Shown here in pieces: positions 1-9,498 of a stretch of 64,000 nt of DNA. The DNA is from Sphingomonadaceae bacterium (GTDB lineage: Bacteria; Pseudomonadota; Alphaproteobacteria; Sphingomonadales; Sphingomonadaceae), in assembly GCA_046348605.1 (NCBI GenBank), contig JAXMDW010000001.1:712739-776738 (forward strand). Direction: 5' to 3'. The position numbers and the translations under genes were made by a program. How positions within the stretch are numbered: the stretch's first letter is position 1; every line of letters begins with the position of its first letter. The notes beneath the pieces were generated by a model, which saw only the letters and a list, made by a program, of their open reading frames with translations, searched no databases and was not told where the DNA came from.

Positions 1-287
1 ATGCGGGTCTGCGCCGACTGGCGGCTGTCCATCCGCGTCGCATAGCCGATGGTCTGGCCGACATTCTCCCCCGCAAGCTCTGCCATGCGCTCCGCCGCTG
101 CTCTGGCAGCAAGGCGGCGCGGCGAAAGCAGGAGAACTTGCCCCGTACACCAAGGCTCGGCGAGCAAAGCGGGCGCAACAGCCGTCGTCTTGCCCGCACC
201 CGGTGGCGCAACCAACACTGCGCTGCTCTTTGCACGCAACGCAGCCAGCAGATCGGGCAAAACGGCATTTATCGGCAGCGCATCCAT
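1..287 (-). CDS. hrpB: ATP-dependent RNA helicase HrpB, N-terminal part (runs off the left edge)
   Basis: Not in the ORF track. Manual translation from ATG at 287 gives MDALPINAVLPDLLAAL...LVAPPGAGKTT...LSPRRLAARAAAERMA...TIGYATR, i.e. Walker A and motif Ia of HrpB DEAH helicases. Confidence 0.9.
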   Translation of the reverse strand, partial: MDALPINAVLPDLLAALRAKSSAVLVAPPGAGKTTAVAPALLAEPWCTGQVLLLSPRRLAARAAAERMAELAGENVGQTIGYATRMDSRQSAQTR

Positions 288-318
288 CGCCGCAGCTATG
301 CGTGCCTGTCAGGGTCCG

Positions 319-1332
319 TCAATAGGCCCGCGCTATTGCGAACTCGACCGCCTCGACCAGCGCATCCTTCGCCTTGCCGGCCGGGAAGATACCTAGCGCA
401 TCGATGGCGCGCTGGCCGTAATGGCGGGCACGGGCAAGCGTATCGTCGATGGCGCCACAATTCTGAAGCAGCTGGGTCGCGTGGGCAAGGTCTTCATCCG
501 ACACCTTGTGGCCCGCAATCGCCGCGCGCCAGAATGCCCGGTCTTCCTCGCTGCCGCGCGCATAAGCGAGGATCACCGGCAACGTTACCTTGCCGTCGCG
601 GAAATCATCGCCGACATCCTTGCCCATTGTCGCTCCGTCTGACGCATAATCGATCGCGTCATCGGTGATCTGGAAGGCGATACCGAGGAAACGTCCATAA
701 TTGTCGAGCGCCTGCTCCTGCGCTTCATCCTTCTCGGCGACCACGGCGGCGATACGGCAAGCTGCGGCGAACAAAGCCGCCGTCTTGGCGTTGACGATGT
801 CGAGATATTGCTCCTCATCCGTATCGATGCGACGCTGAGCGGAAAGTTGATTGACCTCGCCTTCCGCGATTACTGCAGATGCGCCGGAGAGGATTTTCAA
901 CACTTTCAGCGATCCGTCCTCGACCATCAGCTCGAACGAACGGCTGAACAGGAAATCGCCTACCAATACGCTGGCGCTGTTGCCCCAGATGATGTTCGCG
1001 GTCTTGCGGCCCCGGCGCATACCCGATCCATCGACCACATCGTCATGCAGCAGAGTCGCGGTATGGATAAACTCGACAGCGGCGGAGAGCTTGTGGTGCC
1101 GCGTGCCCATATAATGCACCAGCTCCGCGCATGCCAAGGTGAGCATGGGCCGCATCCGCTTGCCGCCGCCCGCAATCAGATGCCCGGCCAGCTCCGGGAT
1201 CAGCGGGATACGCGACTGCATCCGGTCCAGAATCACAGCGTTCACGCTGTTCATCCCCTCGGCGACGAGATTCATCAGCGGATCGAGGGAAGGCGGGTTT
1301 TCGCGACCGATACGGTGTAGTGTTGCTGTCAT
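319..1332 (-). CDS. ispB: Polyprenyl (octa/decaprenyl) diphosphate synthase
   Basis: GGKRMRP, LLHDDVVD...RRG and FQITDDAID aspartate-rich motifs. Confidence 0.9.
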   Translation of the reverse strand: MTATLHRIGRENPPSLDPLMNLVAEGMNSVNAVILDRMQSRIPLIPELAGHLIAGGGKRMRPMLTLACAELVHYMGTRHHKLSAAVEFIHTATLLHDDVVDGSGMRRGRKTANIIWGNSASVLVGDFLFSRSFELMVEDGSLKVLKILSGASAVIAEGEVNQLSAQRRIDTDEEQYLDIVNAKTAALFAAACRIAAVVAEKDEAQEQALDNYGRFLGIAFQITDDAIDYASDGATMGKDVGDDFRDGKVTLPVILAYARGSEEDRAFWRAAIAGHKVSDEDLAHATQLLQNCGAIDDTLARARHYGQRAIDALGIFPAGKAKDALVEAVEFAIARAY

Positions 1333-1430
1333 GGCGGCGATTTACGCCCTCATGCGCCAAAGGCAAGTCTTAACACTTGCGTCGAGCCGATGCTGCGGCA
1401 AAAAGGCGCGTGCATAAGGGAGGCTAGGCG

Positions 1431-1712
1431 TTGAGCGAATCACTGGACCATTTTCGGCAGAGCATCGACAATATCGACGCGGCCCTGATCTATATGCTGG
1501 CCGAGCGGTTCAAGGTCACGCAGGCGGTAGGCCGTTTCAAGGCAGAGAATGCCTTGCCACCAGCCGATCCAGGCCGAGAGGAGCGCCAGATCGCTCGGCT
1601 GCGTCAGCTCGCCGAGGATGCGCAACTCGATCCTGTCTTCGCCGAAAAATTCCTGCGCTTCATCATCGATGAGGTGATCCGCCATCATCAGCAGATTGCG
1701 GACAAGGCCTAA
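1431..1712 (+). CDS. Chorismate mutase (AroQ type)
   Basis: RQSIDNIDAALIYMLAERF...DPGRE motif; TTG start after a GGAGG RBS. Confidence 0.9.
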   Translation: MSESLDHFRQSIDNIDAALIYMLAERFKVTQAVGRFKAENALPPADPGREERQIARLRQLAEDAQLDPVFAEKFLRFIIDEVIRHHQQIADKA

Positions 1713-1713
1713 C

Positions 1714-2271
1714 TTAAACGGCGTTTTCCTCGTCATCGAGCGAGCGGTTTTCCGTTTCCTCGTCCGCGTCCTGCTTCGTGCTGGTGCGATCATGGATCAC
1801 CTGCGCCATCGCCTCGCCGCTGGCATTGAGCAGCGGAAAGCTGCGGGATTTCTCGATCCATTGCGGCAGCCCGCCCTGTCCCCCGAAGAAGAAATGATAG
1901 CCGAGCGAGAAAGCGAGGAAAGCGAGCGTCGCCACGACCAGCCCCTTCAGCGCGCCAAAGCCCGCGCCGAGCACCCGGTCGACCGGGCCGATTAGCGAGG
2001 AGCGCACGCCATCACCCACTCGCCCGGCGACAAACTTGCCCGCGACAAAGGTGAGCGCGAACAGCCCAACGAAGGACAATAAGGACGCCGCTGCGCCCGC
2101 GCCGATCCAAAGCCCAGCAAGATCAGTCACCGGCGCCAAGAACAACCGCACCGCGATCACCGCCACGCCCCAGGCGACCAGCGACAGGACTTCCTGCACA
2201 AATCCGCGCATGAAGCCGGTTACGGCCATTCCCCCCATCAGCAGCAGCAAGGCCATATCGAGCGCGGTCAT
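1714..2271 (-). CDS. cvpA: CvpA family membrane protein
   Basis: GFMRGFVQEVLSL and DRVLGAGFGALKG motifs; four hydrophobic segments; follows radA. Confidence 0.85.
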   Translation of the reverse strand: MTALDMALLLLMGGMAVTGFMRGFVQEVLSLVAWGVAVIAVRLFLAPVTDLAGLWIGAGAAASLLSFVGLFALTFVAGKFVAGRVGDGVRSSLIGPVDRVLGAGFGALKGLVVATLAFLAFSLGYHFFFGGQGGLPQWIEKSRSFPLLNASGEAMAQVIHDRTSTKQDADEETENRSLDDEENAV

Positions 2272-2280
2272 GCGCGTGCG

Positions 2281-3651
2281 TTATCCCCGGCCCAGCACCC
2301 GGTCAACATATTGTGCAAGGGTGCCATAGCGCGACAGGCGCAACCCCGCCTCTTCACTGGGAAGATTAGCCGGTACGCCTGCCTCCTCGAAACCCAGCTT
2401 CTTGGCTTCGCGCAAACGCAGCGAGGCATGGGAAACGGTCCGTATCTCGCCCGACAACGCCACCTCACCAAAATAGACCGCGCCGCTCGGCACCGGACGC
2501 TCAGCGAGCGCCGACACCAGAGCCGCCGCGACGGCGAGGTCAGCAGCCGGGTCTGCAATCCGGTAGCCACCCGCGACGTTGAGATAGACCTCGCAATTCG
2601 AAAAACTGAGGCCACAGCGCGCCTCCAGCACCGCAAGCAACATCGCGAGACGCCCGCTGTCCCAACCGACGACCGCACGCCGCGGCGTCGCCCCGCTCGC
2701 GAGGCGCACGGTCAATGCCTGTATCTCGACCAGAACCGGGCGCGTCCCCTCCAGCGCCGGGAACACGGTAGCGCCTGTCACGCTCTCGGCACGGTCAGTG
2801 AGGAACAGGGCGGATGGGTTCGGCACCTGCTCCAAGCCCTGCTCCGCCATCGCGAAAACGCCGATCTCATCCGTGCCGCCAAAGCGGTTCTTCAAGGCGC
2901 GCAGAATGCGATATTGATGGCTGCGCTCGCCCTCGAAGCTCAATACCGTATCGACCATATGCTCGAGCACGCGCGGCCCCGCAATGCTGCCGTCCTTGGT
3001 CACATGGCCCACCAACACCAGCGCCGTGTTGTTTTCCTTGGCGAAACGGATCAACTCCTGCGCCGAGGCGCGCACCTGACTCACCGTGCCCGGTGCGCTT
3101 TCGATAAGGTCACTGTGCATGGTCTGGATCGAGTCGATCACCAGCAGATCAGGCACATCGCCGCCCTGCCCCACCGTGGTCAAAATATCCCGCACTGAGG
3201 TCGCACTGGCGAGCGAGACTGGCGCATCGCCCAACCCCAGCCGCCGCGCGCGCAGCCGCACCTGGTCCGCAGCCTCTTCGCCGCTGATATAGGCGACATC
3301 ATGTCCCGCCCGCGCCATCATCGCCGCGGTCTGGAGCAGGAGCGTCGATTTGCCGATACCGGGATCGCCGCCGATCAACGTCACGCTACCCGCCACCAAG
3401 CCACCGCCCAATGCTCGATCGAACTCCGCGATACCGGTAGCGGTACGCTCCGGTAGCGCCACCTCGCTATCGAGCCGGGTCAACACCAGCGCGCGACCTC
3501 CCTTTTGCAGATCGTGCCGGGCGGCAAATACCGTGGGCGCAGCCTCCTCGACCAGCGTATTCCACCCGCCGCAATCATCGCACTGCCCCTGCCAGCGCGG
3601 AGAAGAGCCCCCGCACTGCTGGCACACAAATGTCTTCTTCGCCTTTGCCAT
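2281..3651 (-). CDS. radA: DNA repair protein RadA/Sms
   Basis: C4 zinc finger (CQQCG...CDDC), GDPGIGKST, KNRFG motif. Confidence 0.97.
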   Translation of the reverse strand: MAKAKKTFVCQQCGGSSPRWQGQCDDCGGWNTLVEEAAPTVFAARHDLQKGGRALVLTRLDSEVALPERTATGIAEFDRALGGGLVAGSVTLIGGDPGIGKSTLLLQTAAMMARAGHDVAYISGEEAADQVRLRARRLGLGDAPVSLASATSVRDILTTVGQGGDVPDLLVIDSIQTMHSDLIESAPGTVSQVRASAQELIRFAKENNTALVLVGHVTKDGSIAGPRVLEHMVDTVLSFEGERSHQYRILRALKNRFGGTDEIGVFAMAEQGLEQVPNPSALFLTDRAESVTGATVFPALEGTRPVLVEIQALTVRLASGATPRRAVVGWDSGRLAMLLAVLEARCGLSFSNCEVYLNVAGGYRIADPAADLAVAAALVSALAERPVPSGAVYFGEVALSGEIRTVSHASLRLREAKKLGFEEAGVPANLPSEEAGLRLSRYGTLAQYVDRVLGRG

Positions 3652-3665
3652 GTTGCCTTTATGCA

Positions 3666-3680
3666 GAACATTTGCAGAAC
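3666..3680. promoter_or_regulatory. LexA (SOS) box upstream of radA
   Basis: GAAC-ATTTGCA-GAAC matches the alphaproteobacterial GAAC-N7-GAAC box; 14 bp upstream of the radA start. Confidence 0.8.
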
Positions 3681-3740
3681 ATCAAGAGGGTATGGCAATG
3701 ATGCTGGAAACGACAGGGTGCTTCAGGCATTGAAAGGCTA

Positions 3741-4460
3741 ATGTCTCATACTTCACGACACCCCGACACTATCCGGATAGCCAGCTACAACATCCACAAG
3801 GCGGTGGGGACGGACCGGCGACGCAGCCCTGAGCGCATTATATCCGTACTGGCGGAAATCGACGCCGACATCGTGGTGCTTCAGGAGGCGGACATGCGCT
3901 TCGGCGCGCGCTCGGCAGCACTGCCGTCAGCGATGCTGGAGCTGCATAGCGACTACCGTCCAGCCCCGCTCAATATCCATTCCGACAGCATCGGCTGGCA
4001 TGGCAATGCCGTCCTGATCCGCAAATCGGCTGAGATTCTGCGTAGTGATATCATCCACCTGCCTTGTCTGGAGCCGCGCGGTGCGGTGCTGGCAGAGATA
4101 AGGTTCAGAGGCCTCGATCTCCGCATTTTCGGCATGCATCTCGATCTCTCTGGCCTGTGGCGGCGACGTCAGGCATCCGCTATCATTCATGCGCATGGAC
4201 TGATGCACAGCCTGCCTACCATCATGGCCGGCGATCTCAACGAATGGAGCGCGACGCGCGGCTGCCTCGCCGATTTCGCGCGGCATTTTCATTTTGCCGA
4301 TACGGGGAAGAGCTTCCATGCCCGCCAACCAGTAGCGCGGCTGGACCGCATCATGCACTGTGCACAACTGAACGCTGTCGGCGCAGGGGTACATGACAGC
4401 CTTTTGGCCCGCCGCGCATCGGATCATTTGCCGATCTGGACCGATTTCGCCGTCAAATAG
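3741..4460 (+). CDS. Endonuclease/exonuclease/phosphatase family protein
   Basis: SYNIH, LQEAD, GDLNE, LDRI and ASDHLP motifs. Confidence 0.88.
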   Translation: MSHTSRHPDTIRIASYNIHKAVGTDRRRSPERIISVLAEIDADIVVLQEADMRFGARSAALPSAMLELHSDYRPAPLNIHSDSIGWHGNAVLIRKSAEILRSDIIHLPCLEPRGAVLAEIRFRGLDLRIFGMHLDLSGLWRRRQASAIIHAHGLMHSLPTIMAGDLNEWSATRGCLADFARHFHFADTGKSFHARQPVARLDRIMHCAQLNAVGAGVHDSLLARRASDHLPIWTDFAVK

Positions 4461-4466
4461 GCGGGA

Positions 4467-5873
4467 TCAGTCCCCGGTCAGGATGCGATCGACAAGCTGC
4501 TTCACTGTCGGCACGAAGCCATTGGAGTAGAACGGGTCCTGCCCGAACTTGTACGCGCCATGACCCGCGAACATCAAGTTTTGATCAATGTCGCCGCCAT
4601 GCGCGATGTCCTGCAAGGTTTTCTGGATACAAAAGCTGCGCGGATCGGCGAGCCGTCCGGTGGAATTGGTTTCGCTATCCATCCAGCTCGAGAAGGCGCA
4701 TTGCGACAGGCAGCCCATGCAATCCGCCTGGTCTTTACGGATGATGGCCTTTTCCTCTCCATCCACGAAAATCAATGTGTTATCGGGTGTTTTTAATGCA
4801 CTATCGAAACCCGAAAGCGCCCACTCCCGTGCACGAAGCAAGTCGCCGCGCGTTACCCAGAAGTTCTTGCCCTTCACGCCCACGTCTAACTGGTGCGTAT
4901 GGTCCCCCGCCTGCTCTAACGAGAACGCGATCTGGCGCTCCGAGCGCGCTTCCAGATTCTTGAGGAACGGATTGCGCACGGCGGATGAATAAAATCCGGT
5001 CGGCGAGAACCGGTGGAGCAGGATATCGCCTTCTTCGAGCTTGGTGAGCTTTTCCTTCCACCCGAGCGGGATCGGGCTTTCCTGCGTCAATAGCGGACGG
5101 GTACCAAACTGAAATGCGATTGCGCCCAGCTCAGGGTTGTCGATCCAGTCGTTCCAGTCCCGCAAATACCAAACGCCGCCCGCCATCACGATCGGCACCT
5201 CGTCCGAAATGCCGCCCTCGCGCATGGTGTCGCGCAATGCTTTTACGCGCGGATACGGGTCTTCCGGCTTCAGCGGGTCTTCGGCGTTGGAGAGACCGTT
5301 ATGACCGCCCGCCAACCACGGGTCTTCATAGACCACAGCCGCCAGCCACTCCGCCGCTTTCGAATAGGCGCGCTTCCAAAGTGCGCGGAATGCACGGCCG
5401 GAGCTGACGATCGGGAGATAATAGACGCCATATTGCGCGGCGATCTCGGAGAGCTTGTAAGGCATGCCCGCGCCGCAGGTGACGCCAGCGACCATACCCT
5501 TGGTGCGCTCCAGCACGCCATGCAGCACGCGTTGCGCGCCGCCCATTTCCCACAGCACGTTGATATTGATCGCACCCTTGCCGCCCGCGATCTCGAACGC
5601 GCGCTTCACCTGCTCAACTGCACCGGCAATCGCATATTCGATCAGTTCTTCATGGCGGTCGCGCCGGGTTTTGGCGTGGTATATCTGCGGGATCGGATTG
5701 CCGAAGCTGTCATAGCTATCCGCATTCACCGCGGATACCGTTCCGATGCCGCCTGCCGCCGCCCATGCGCCGGAGCTCATATGGTTGGAAACCGCAACGC
5801 CCTTGCCACCCTCGACAAGTGGCCAGACCTCGCGTCCGCCATAGTTGATGGGCTTCAACCCCTTGAACACCAT
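4467..5873 (-). CDS. Nitronate monooxygenase-like FMN protein with Fe-S motif (FabX-like)
   Basis: EGGKG, CGAGMP, AGGH, MAGG, FQFGTR, and the cysteine cluster CMGCLSQC...FCI. Confidence 0.75.
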   Translation of the reverse strand: MVFKGLKPINYGGREVWPLVEGGKGVAVSNHMSSGAWAAAGGIGTVSAVNADSYDSFGNPIPQIYHAKTRRDRHEELIEYAIAGAVEQVKRAFEIAGGKGAININVLWEMGGAQRVLHGVLERTKGMVAGVTCGAGMPYKLSEIAAQYGVYYLPIVSSGRAFRALWKRAYSKAAEWLAAVVYEDPWLAGGHNGLSNAEDPLKPEDPYPRVKALRDTMREGGISDEVPIVMAGGVWYLRDWNDWIDNPELGAIAFQFGTRPLLTQESPIPLGWKEKLTKLEEGDILLHRFSPTGFYSSAVRNPFLKNLEARSERQIAFSLEQAGDHTHQLDVGVKGKNFWVTRGDLLRAREWALSGFDSALKTPDNTLIFVDGEEKAIIRKDQADCMGCLSQCAFSSWMDSETNSTGRLADPRSFCIQKTLQDIAHGGDIDQNLMFAGHGAYKFGQDPFYSNGFVPTVKQLVDRILTGD

Positions 5874-5960
5874 TATTGCTCCTGCAACGACCCGGTTGGC
5901 ACCGATGAAAGGCGGCCTATAGCAAGTTTTAGCAGATGCGCATGGAAAAAGTGAGCGCGT

Positions 5961-7133
5961 TTACCGTTGGCGCTTTTCCAAGCCGGAAAGCGCTCCCGGG
6001 CGGCCCATAGCCTGCTCGTACAGCGCAGAATAGCGAGCAAGCATATCCGCCTCCCCATATTCGGCTACGGCTTTGGCCCTATTTGCCTGACCGAGTGTCT
6101 GGCGCAGGGATTCGTCTCCGGTCATTCGCGACAACATCGCACCGAAACGGCCCTCGTCTTCGTCGGATATAATAAACCCTCGATTCTCCGCCGACACCAT
6201 ATTGCGGACATCGCCGACATCTGTCGAAACCACCGGCAGGCCTGCCGCCATCGCCTCGATGAGCGAGATCGGAAACTGCTCGCTGACAGAGGACAGGGCG
6301 AAAATATCGAACAGGCCTACATAGCTGGAAGGATTAGGCAGAAAGCCGGGCATAAACACGCGATCTTCGATGCCCAGCGCTCGGGCTTGGGCATGGATCG
6401 CTTCCCGCTCCGGTCCCTCGCCGACGATCACCATCCGTACAGATTCTCCAAGTGGGGCAACAGCCCGCACCTGCCGCGGCAGGTTCTTGACCGCGCGTAG
6501 GCCCGCGAGCGTGCCGATGACGACCTCATCCTCCCGCTTTACAAAGCCGGGAATGGCGTCAGCGCTTGGCGGCACCGCGTAGGCTGCAACATCGATGCCA
6601 TTCGCTATGCGTCGGATACGATGCGACGGTTGCGCCCAAGCGCCCAGCGCCACCTCTTCCAATGTCCGCGACGGCACCACCAGCGCACTGGCCCGCGCTA
6701 ACGCGACCTGCCGGAACAGATTACGTTTGGATTTCAGCCGCTCCGCCTCGTCCTCGTTGAAACCGTCTTCATGATGGATCAGCGGCGGCAGCTTCATGAA
6801 TGGCGCGAACAGGCGGTGCGCCATCACCCCATCCATCGCACCCCAGTTGTACGACAGGATCAGGTCGAAACCCTGCATATAGCGCGCCCATTGCCGGTAG
6901 CGCCGCAGCCCCGGCATTCCGTTCAATGAAGGCGCCGCCTCCATAGGAAAATCGCACGGAACATCATTCGCAATCGCCGCCCGGGCACCCATGGCGTCAT
7001 GATCTGCACTGATGACCGTATGATGCGCCCGCCCGCCCCAGTGGTTCATCAGCCTTACCGCGCGTGCCTCCTTGCCGCCGAGGTTAAACCCGCTGTGCAG
7101 ATGAAGAATGCGCGGCAGGGCGCTGTCAGCCAC
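5961..7133 (-). CDS. Glycosyltransferase family 4
   Basis: GGKE N-terminal motif; SEQFPISLIEAMAAGLPVVSTDVG. Confidence 0.9.
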   Translation of the reverse strand: MADSALPRILHLHSGFNLGGKEARAVRLMNHWGGRAHHTVISADHDAMGARAAIANDVPCDFPMEAAPSLNGMPGLRRYRQWARYMQGFDLILSYNWGAMDGVMAHRLFAPFMKLPPLIHHEDGFNEDEAERLKSKRNLFRQVALARASALVVPSRTLEEVALGAWAQPSHRIRRIANGIDVAAYAVPPSADAIPGFVKREDEVVIGTLAGLRAVKNLPRQVRAVAPLGESVRMVIVGEGPEREAIHAQARALGIEDRVFMPGFLPNPSSYVGLFDIFALSSVSEQFPISLIEAMAAGLPVVSTDVGDVRNMVSAENRGFIISDEDEGRFGAMLSRMTGDESLRQTLGQANRAKAVAEYGEADMLARYSALYEQAMGRPGALSGLEKRQR

Positions 7134-8004
7134 CCGCGAGAACCCGCTCCAGCAGGCGATCTACCGCCGCGATCGACTGAGGCTCGTCCAATGTCGGCGT
7201 ATGGCCTACGCGCGATATGGTCACGAACTCGGCGCTGTCCCCAATGTCGCGCACCATGCGCTGGCCGGTAGCATCGCTCATCAGGTCGGATAGCGCACCG
7301 CGCAGGATGAGGGTTGGTATATCCTTGAATGCCGCCATCACCGGCCACATGTCCACACCCGCCTCATTGCCCGGCACCTTGAACGGCTCGGCGATCCGCA
7401 TGTCGTAATCAAGCACGATGCGCCCGCTGCTGTTCAAGCGATAGAGCCGCTTTGCCATCGCCAGCCAGTCATCGAGCTTGTAATCCGGGTAATTGGCCGC
7501 CTGCCCCTCCGCCAGCGCGCGGGCGGCGTGTACCCAGGTCTGGTGACTGCCGCCGGTGCCCACATAGCCTTTGATGCGGTCCAGACCTTCCTTTTCGATT
7601 GTCGGACCAATATCGTTCAGCAGCGCGCCCGCCAGCCTGTCACGGTGCGTTGGCGCCATGATCATCGTCATGATGCCCCCCATCGAGGTGCCTACCGCGA
7701 CAAATTTCTTGAGCGCGAGGTCAGTGAGCAGCCGTTCCACATCCTGAACATAGGTCAAAGGCACGTATGTCATCGGGTCTTTGGCATAGGCGCTTTCCGC
7801 CCGGCCACGCATTTCCGGGCAGATCACCCGCCATTTTCCGGCGTAACGATCCGCGAAGCTCGCATAATCGCGCGCGTTGCGGGTCAATCCATGCAGGCAC
7901 AGCAGAGGTGGGCGATCCGCATATTCCGCATCCGCCGCGTAATCACGATAATGCAGGCGCAGACCATCCGCCGCCCACCAATATTTGTCTTCATACTGCG
8001 CCAT
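7126..8004 (-). CDS. Alpha/beta fold hydrolase
   Basis: HGLTRN, GTSMGG nucleophile elbow, LNDIGP, GH near the C-terminus. Probable start is ATG 8004 (MAQYEDK), not the longer ORF. Confidence 0.85.
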   Translation of the reverse strand: MAQYEDKYWWAADGLRLHYRDYAADAEYADRPPLLCLHGLTRNARDYASFADRYAGKWRVICPEMRGRAESAYAKDPMTYVPLTYVQDVERLLTDLALKKFVAVGTSMGGIMTMIMAPTHRDRLAGALLNDIGPTIEKEGLDRIKGYVGTGGSHQTWVHAARALAEGQAANYPDYKLDDWLAMAKRLYRLNSSGRIVLDYDMRIAEPFKVPGNEAGVDMWPVMAAFKDIPTLILRGALSDLMSDATGQRMVRDIGDSAEFVTISRVGHTPTLDEPQSIAAVDRLLERVLAGG

Positions 8005-8041
8005 ACTTGATCCCCGGACATGCCATGCCCCATATTGCGCT

Positions 8042-9448
8042 ATGATTATCTCCCCGCAAGCCGCCAAATACACCCCTGCCCGCGATATTTTGGAGGTCGC
8101 CAATATTGGCGACGCTGTGAAGCCAGCGAACTTTCCCAAACACATAGTGCGTTTCCGCAATGATCGTTGGGCGCCGAGCGTGGGGCTAAACGATCTCAGC
8201 GATGCACAATGGATCAATCATTTCGGCCGGTTCGCGCCAATGGAAGGTTCTCTCAGCGAGCCGCTGGCGCTGCGCTATCACGGCCATCAATTCCGCGTCT
8301 ACAACCCGGAGATAGGCGACGGGCGCGGCTTCCTCTTCGCCCAGATGCGCGATCATCTCGGCCGGCTGATGGACCTCGGCACCAAGGGGTCGGGCCAGAC
8401 GCCCTATAGCCGTTTCGGTGATGGGCGCTTGACGCTGAAGGGCGGCGTGCGCGAGATATTGGCGACTGAGATGCTGGAGGCGATGGGCGTCCAAACATCC
8501 AAAACCTTCTCGCTCATCGAAACCGGCGAGGCGTTGGAGCGCAACGACGAGCCATCGCCCACGCGCGCGGCGGTACTGGTGCGTCTGTCTCACTCGCATA
8601 TCCGCATCGGCAGTTTTCAGCGCGCCGCGACATTGGAGGACGAGGCGCTATTGCGGGCGCTCACCAATTATGCGCTGACGAAGCTCTATGGTGCAACGCC
8701 CGGCGAGAACCCAGCCGCGCAGCTTCTCTCGCTCGTTGTGGAGCGCACTGCCGATCTCGCGGCGAGCTATATGATCGCAGGCTTCGTCCACGGGGTATTG
8801 AACAGCGACAATATCAACATCACCGGCGAGAGCTTCGATTATGGCCCATGGCGCTTTACGCCCTTTTGGGAGCCGGGTTTCACCGCCGCCTATTTCGACC
8901 ATCAGGGGCTTTATGCGTTCGCGAGACAGGCGGAGGCGATCCACTGGGATGTAGCGCAACTGGCCTTGTCACTTCGCCCCTTGAGCGAGACGGAACCGCT
9001 GGTGGATGCCTTGAACCGCTTCCCCGATCTCTATGCCGATGCGATGCGGCGACGCTTCTGCTGGCGGCTCGGAATTGCAGAAGGTACGGCAGAACAGACC
9101 GCCACACTAATGGAAAGCGCGGTACGCGGCATGATCGAGACGCGCGTTCCGATCGACCGCTTCTATTTTGACTGGCGCGGCGGCGCATTACGAAATGCCG
9201 AGGCAGAGCAGCTTTACGCAGGGCCGGAGTGGGCCGCATTTCTCGAGCAGATCGCGTCTTTCGCCAATCCCGCAGCGACCGAGCATCCCTATTGGAGCAG
9301 CGCATCCACTTGCTCGATGCATATCGACGAGGTCGAGGCGATCTGGTCCGCCATCGACAAGGAGGACGACTGGTCCGTGCTGGAACGCAAGGTCGAGGCC
9401 ATCCGCTTCATGGGCGAGGCGCACAGACTTGTTCCATTAGTCGCATAG
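8042..9448 (+). CDS. selO: SelO/YdiU protein adenylyltransferase
   Basis: YHGHQF, GDGRG, KGSGQTPYSRFGDGR, HGVLNSDN and DYGP motifs; start taken at ATG 8042. Confidence 0.92.
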   Translation: MIISPQAAKYTPARDILEVANIGDAVKPANFPKHIVRFRNDRWAPSVGLNDLSDAQWINHFGRFAPMEGSLSEPLALRYHGHQFRVYNPEIGDGRGFLFAQMRDHLGRLMDLGTKGSGQTPYSRFGDGRLTLKGGVREILATEMLEAMGVQTSKTFSLIETGEALERNDEPSPTRAAVLVRLSHSHIRIGSFQRAATLEDEALLRALTNYALTKLYGATPGENPAAQLLSLVVERTADLAASYMIAGFVHGVLNSDNINITGESFDYGPWRFTPFWEPGFTAAYFDHQGLYAFARQAEAIHWDVAQLALSLRPLSETEPLVDALNRFPDLYADAMRRRFCWRLGIAEGTAEQTATLMESAVRGMIETRVPIDRFYFDWRGGALRNAEAEQLYAGPEWAAFLEQIASFANPAATEHPYWSSASTCSMHIDEVEAIWSAIDKEDDWSVLERKVEAIRFMGEAHRLVPLVA

Positions 9449-9498
9449 GCCGCACGTTTGCTTTCCAAACGGCAGAAATTTGTGCATATCGGCTGCAA

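Noticed and set aside
9229-9498. Long N-terminal extensions in the ORF track (astD-like, hydrolase, cysH, fabZ, GT4 at 50084, DUF934)
   Set aside because: They overlap neighbouring real genes; family-like sequence starts at downstream ATGs, so these are not fusions.
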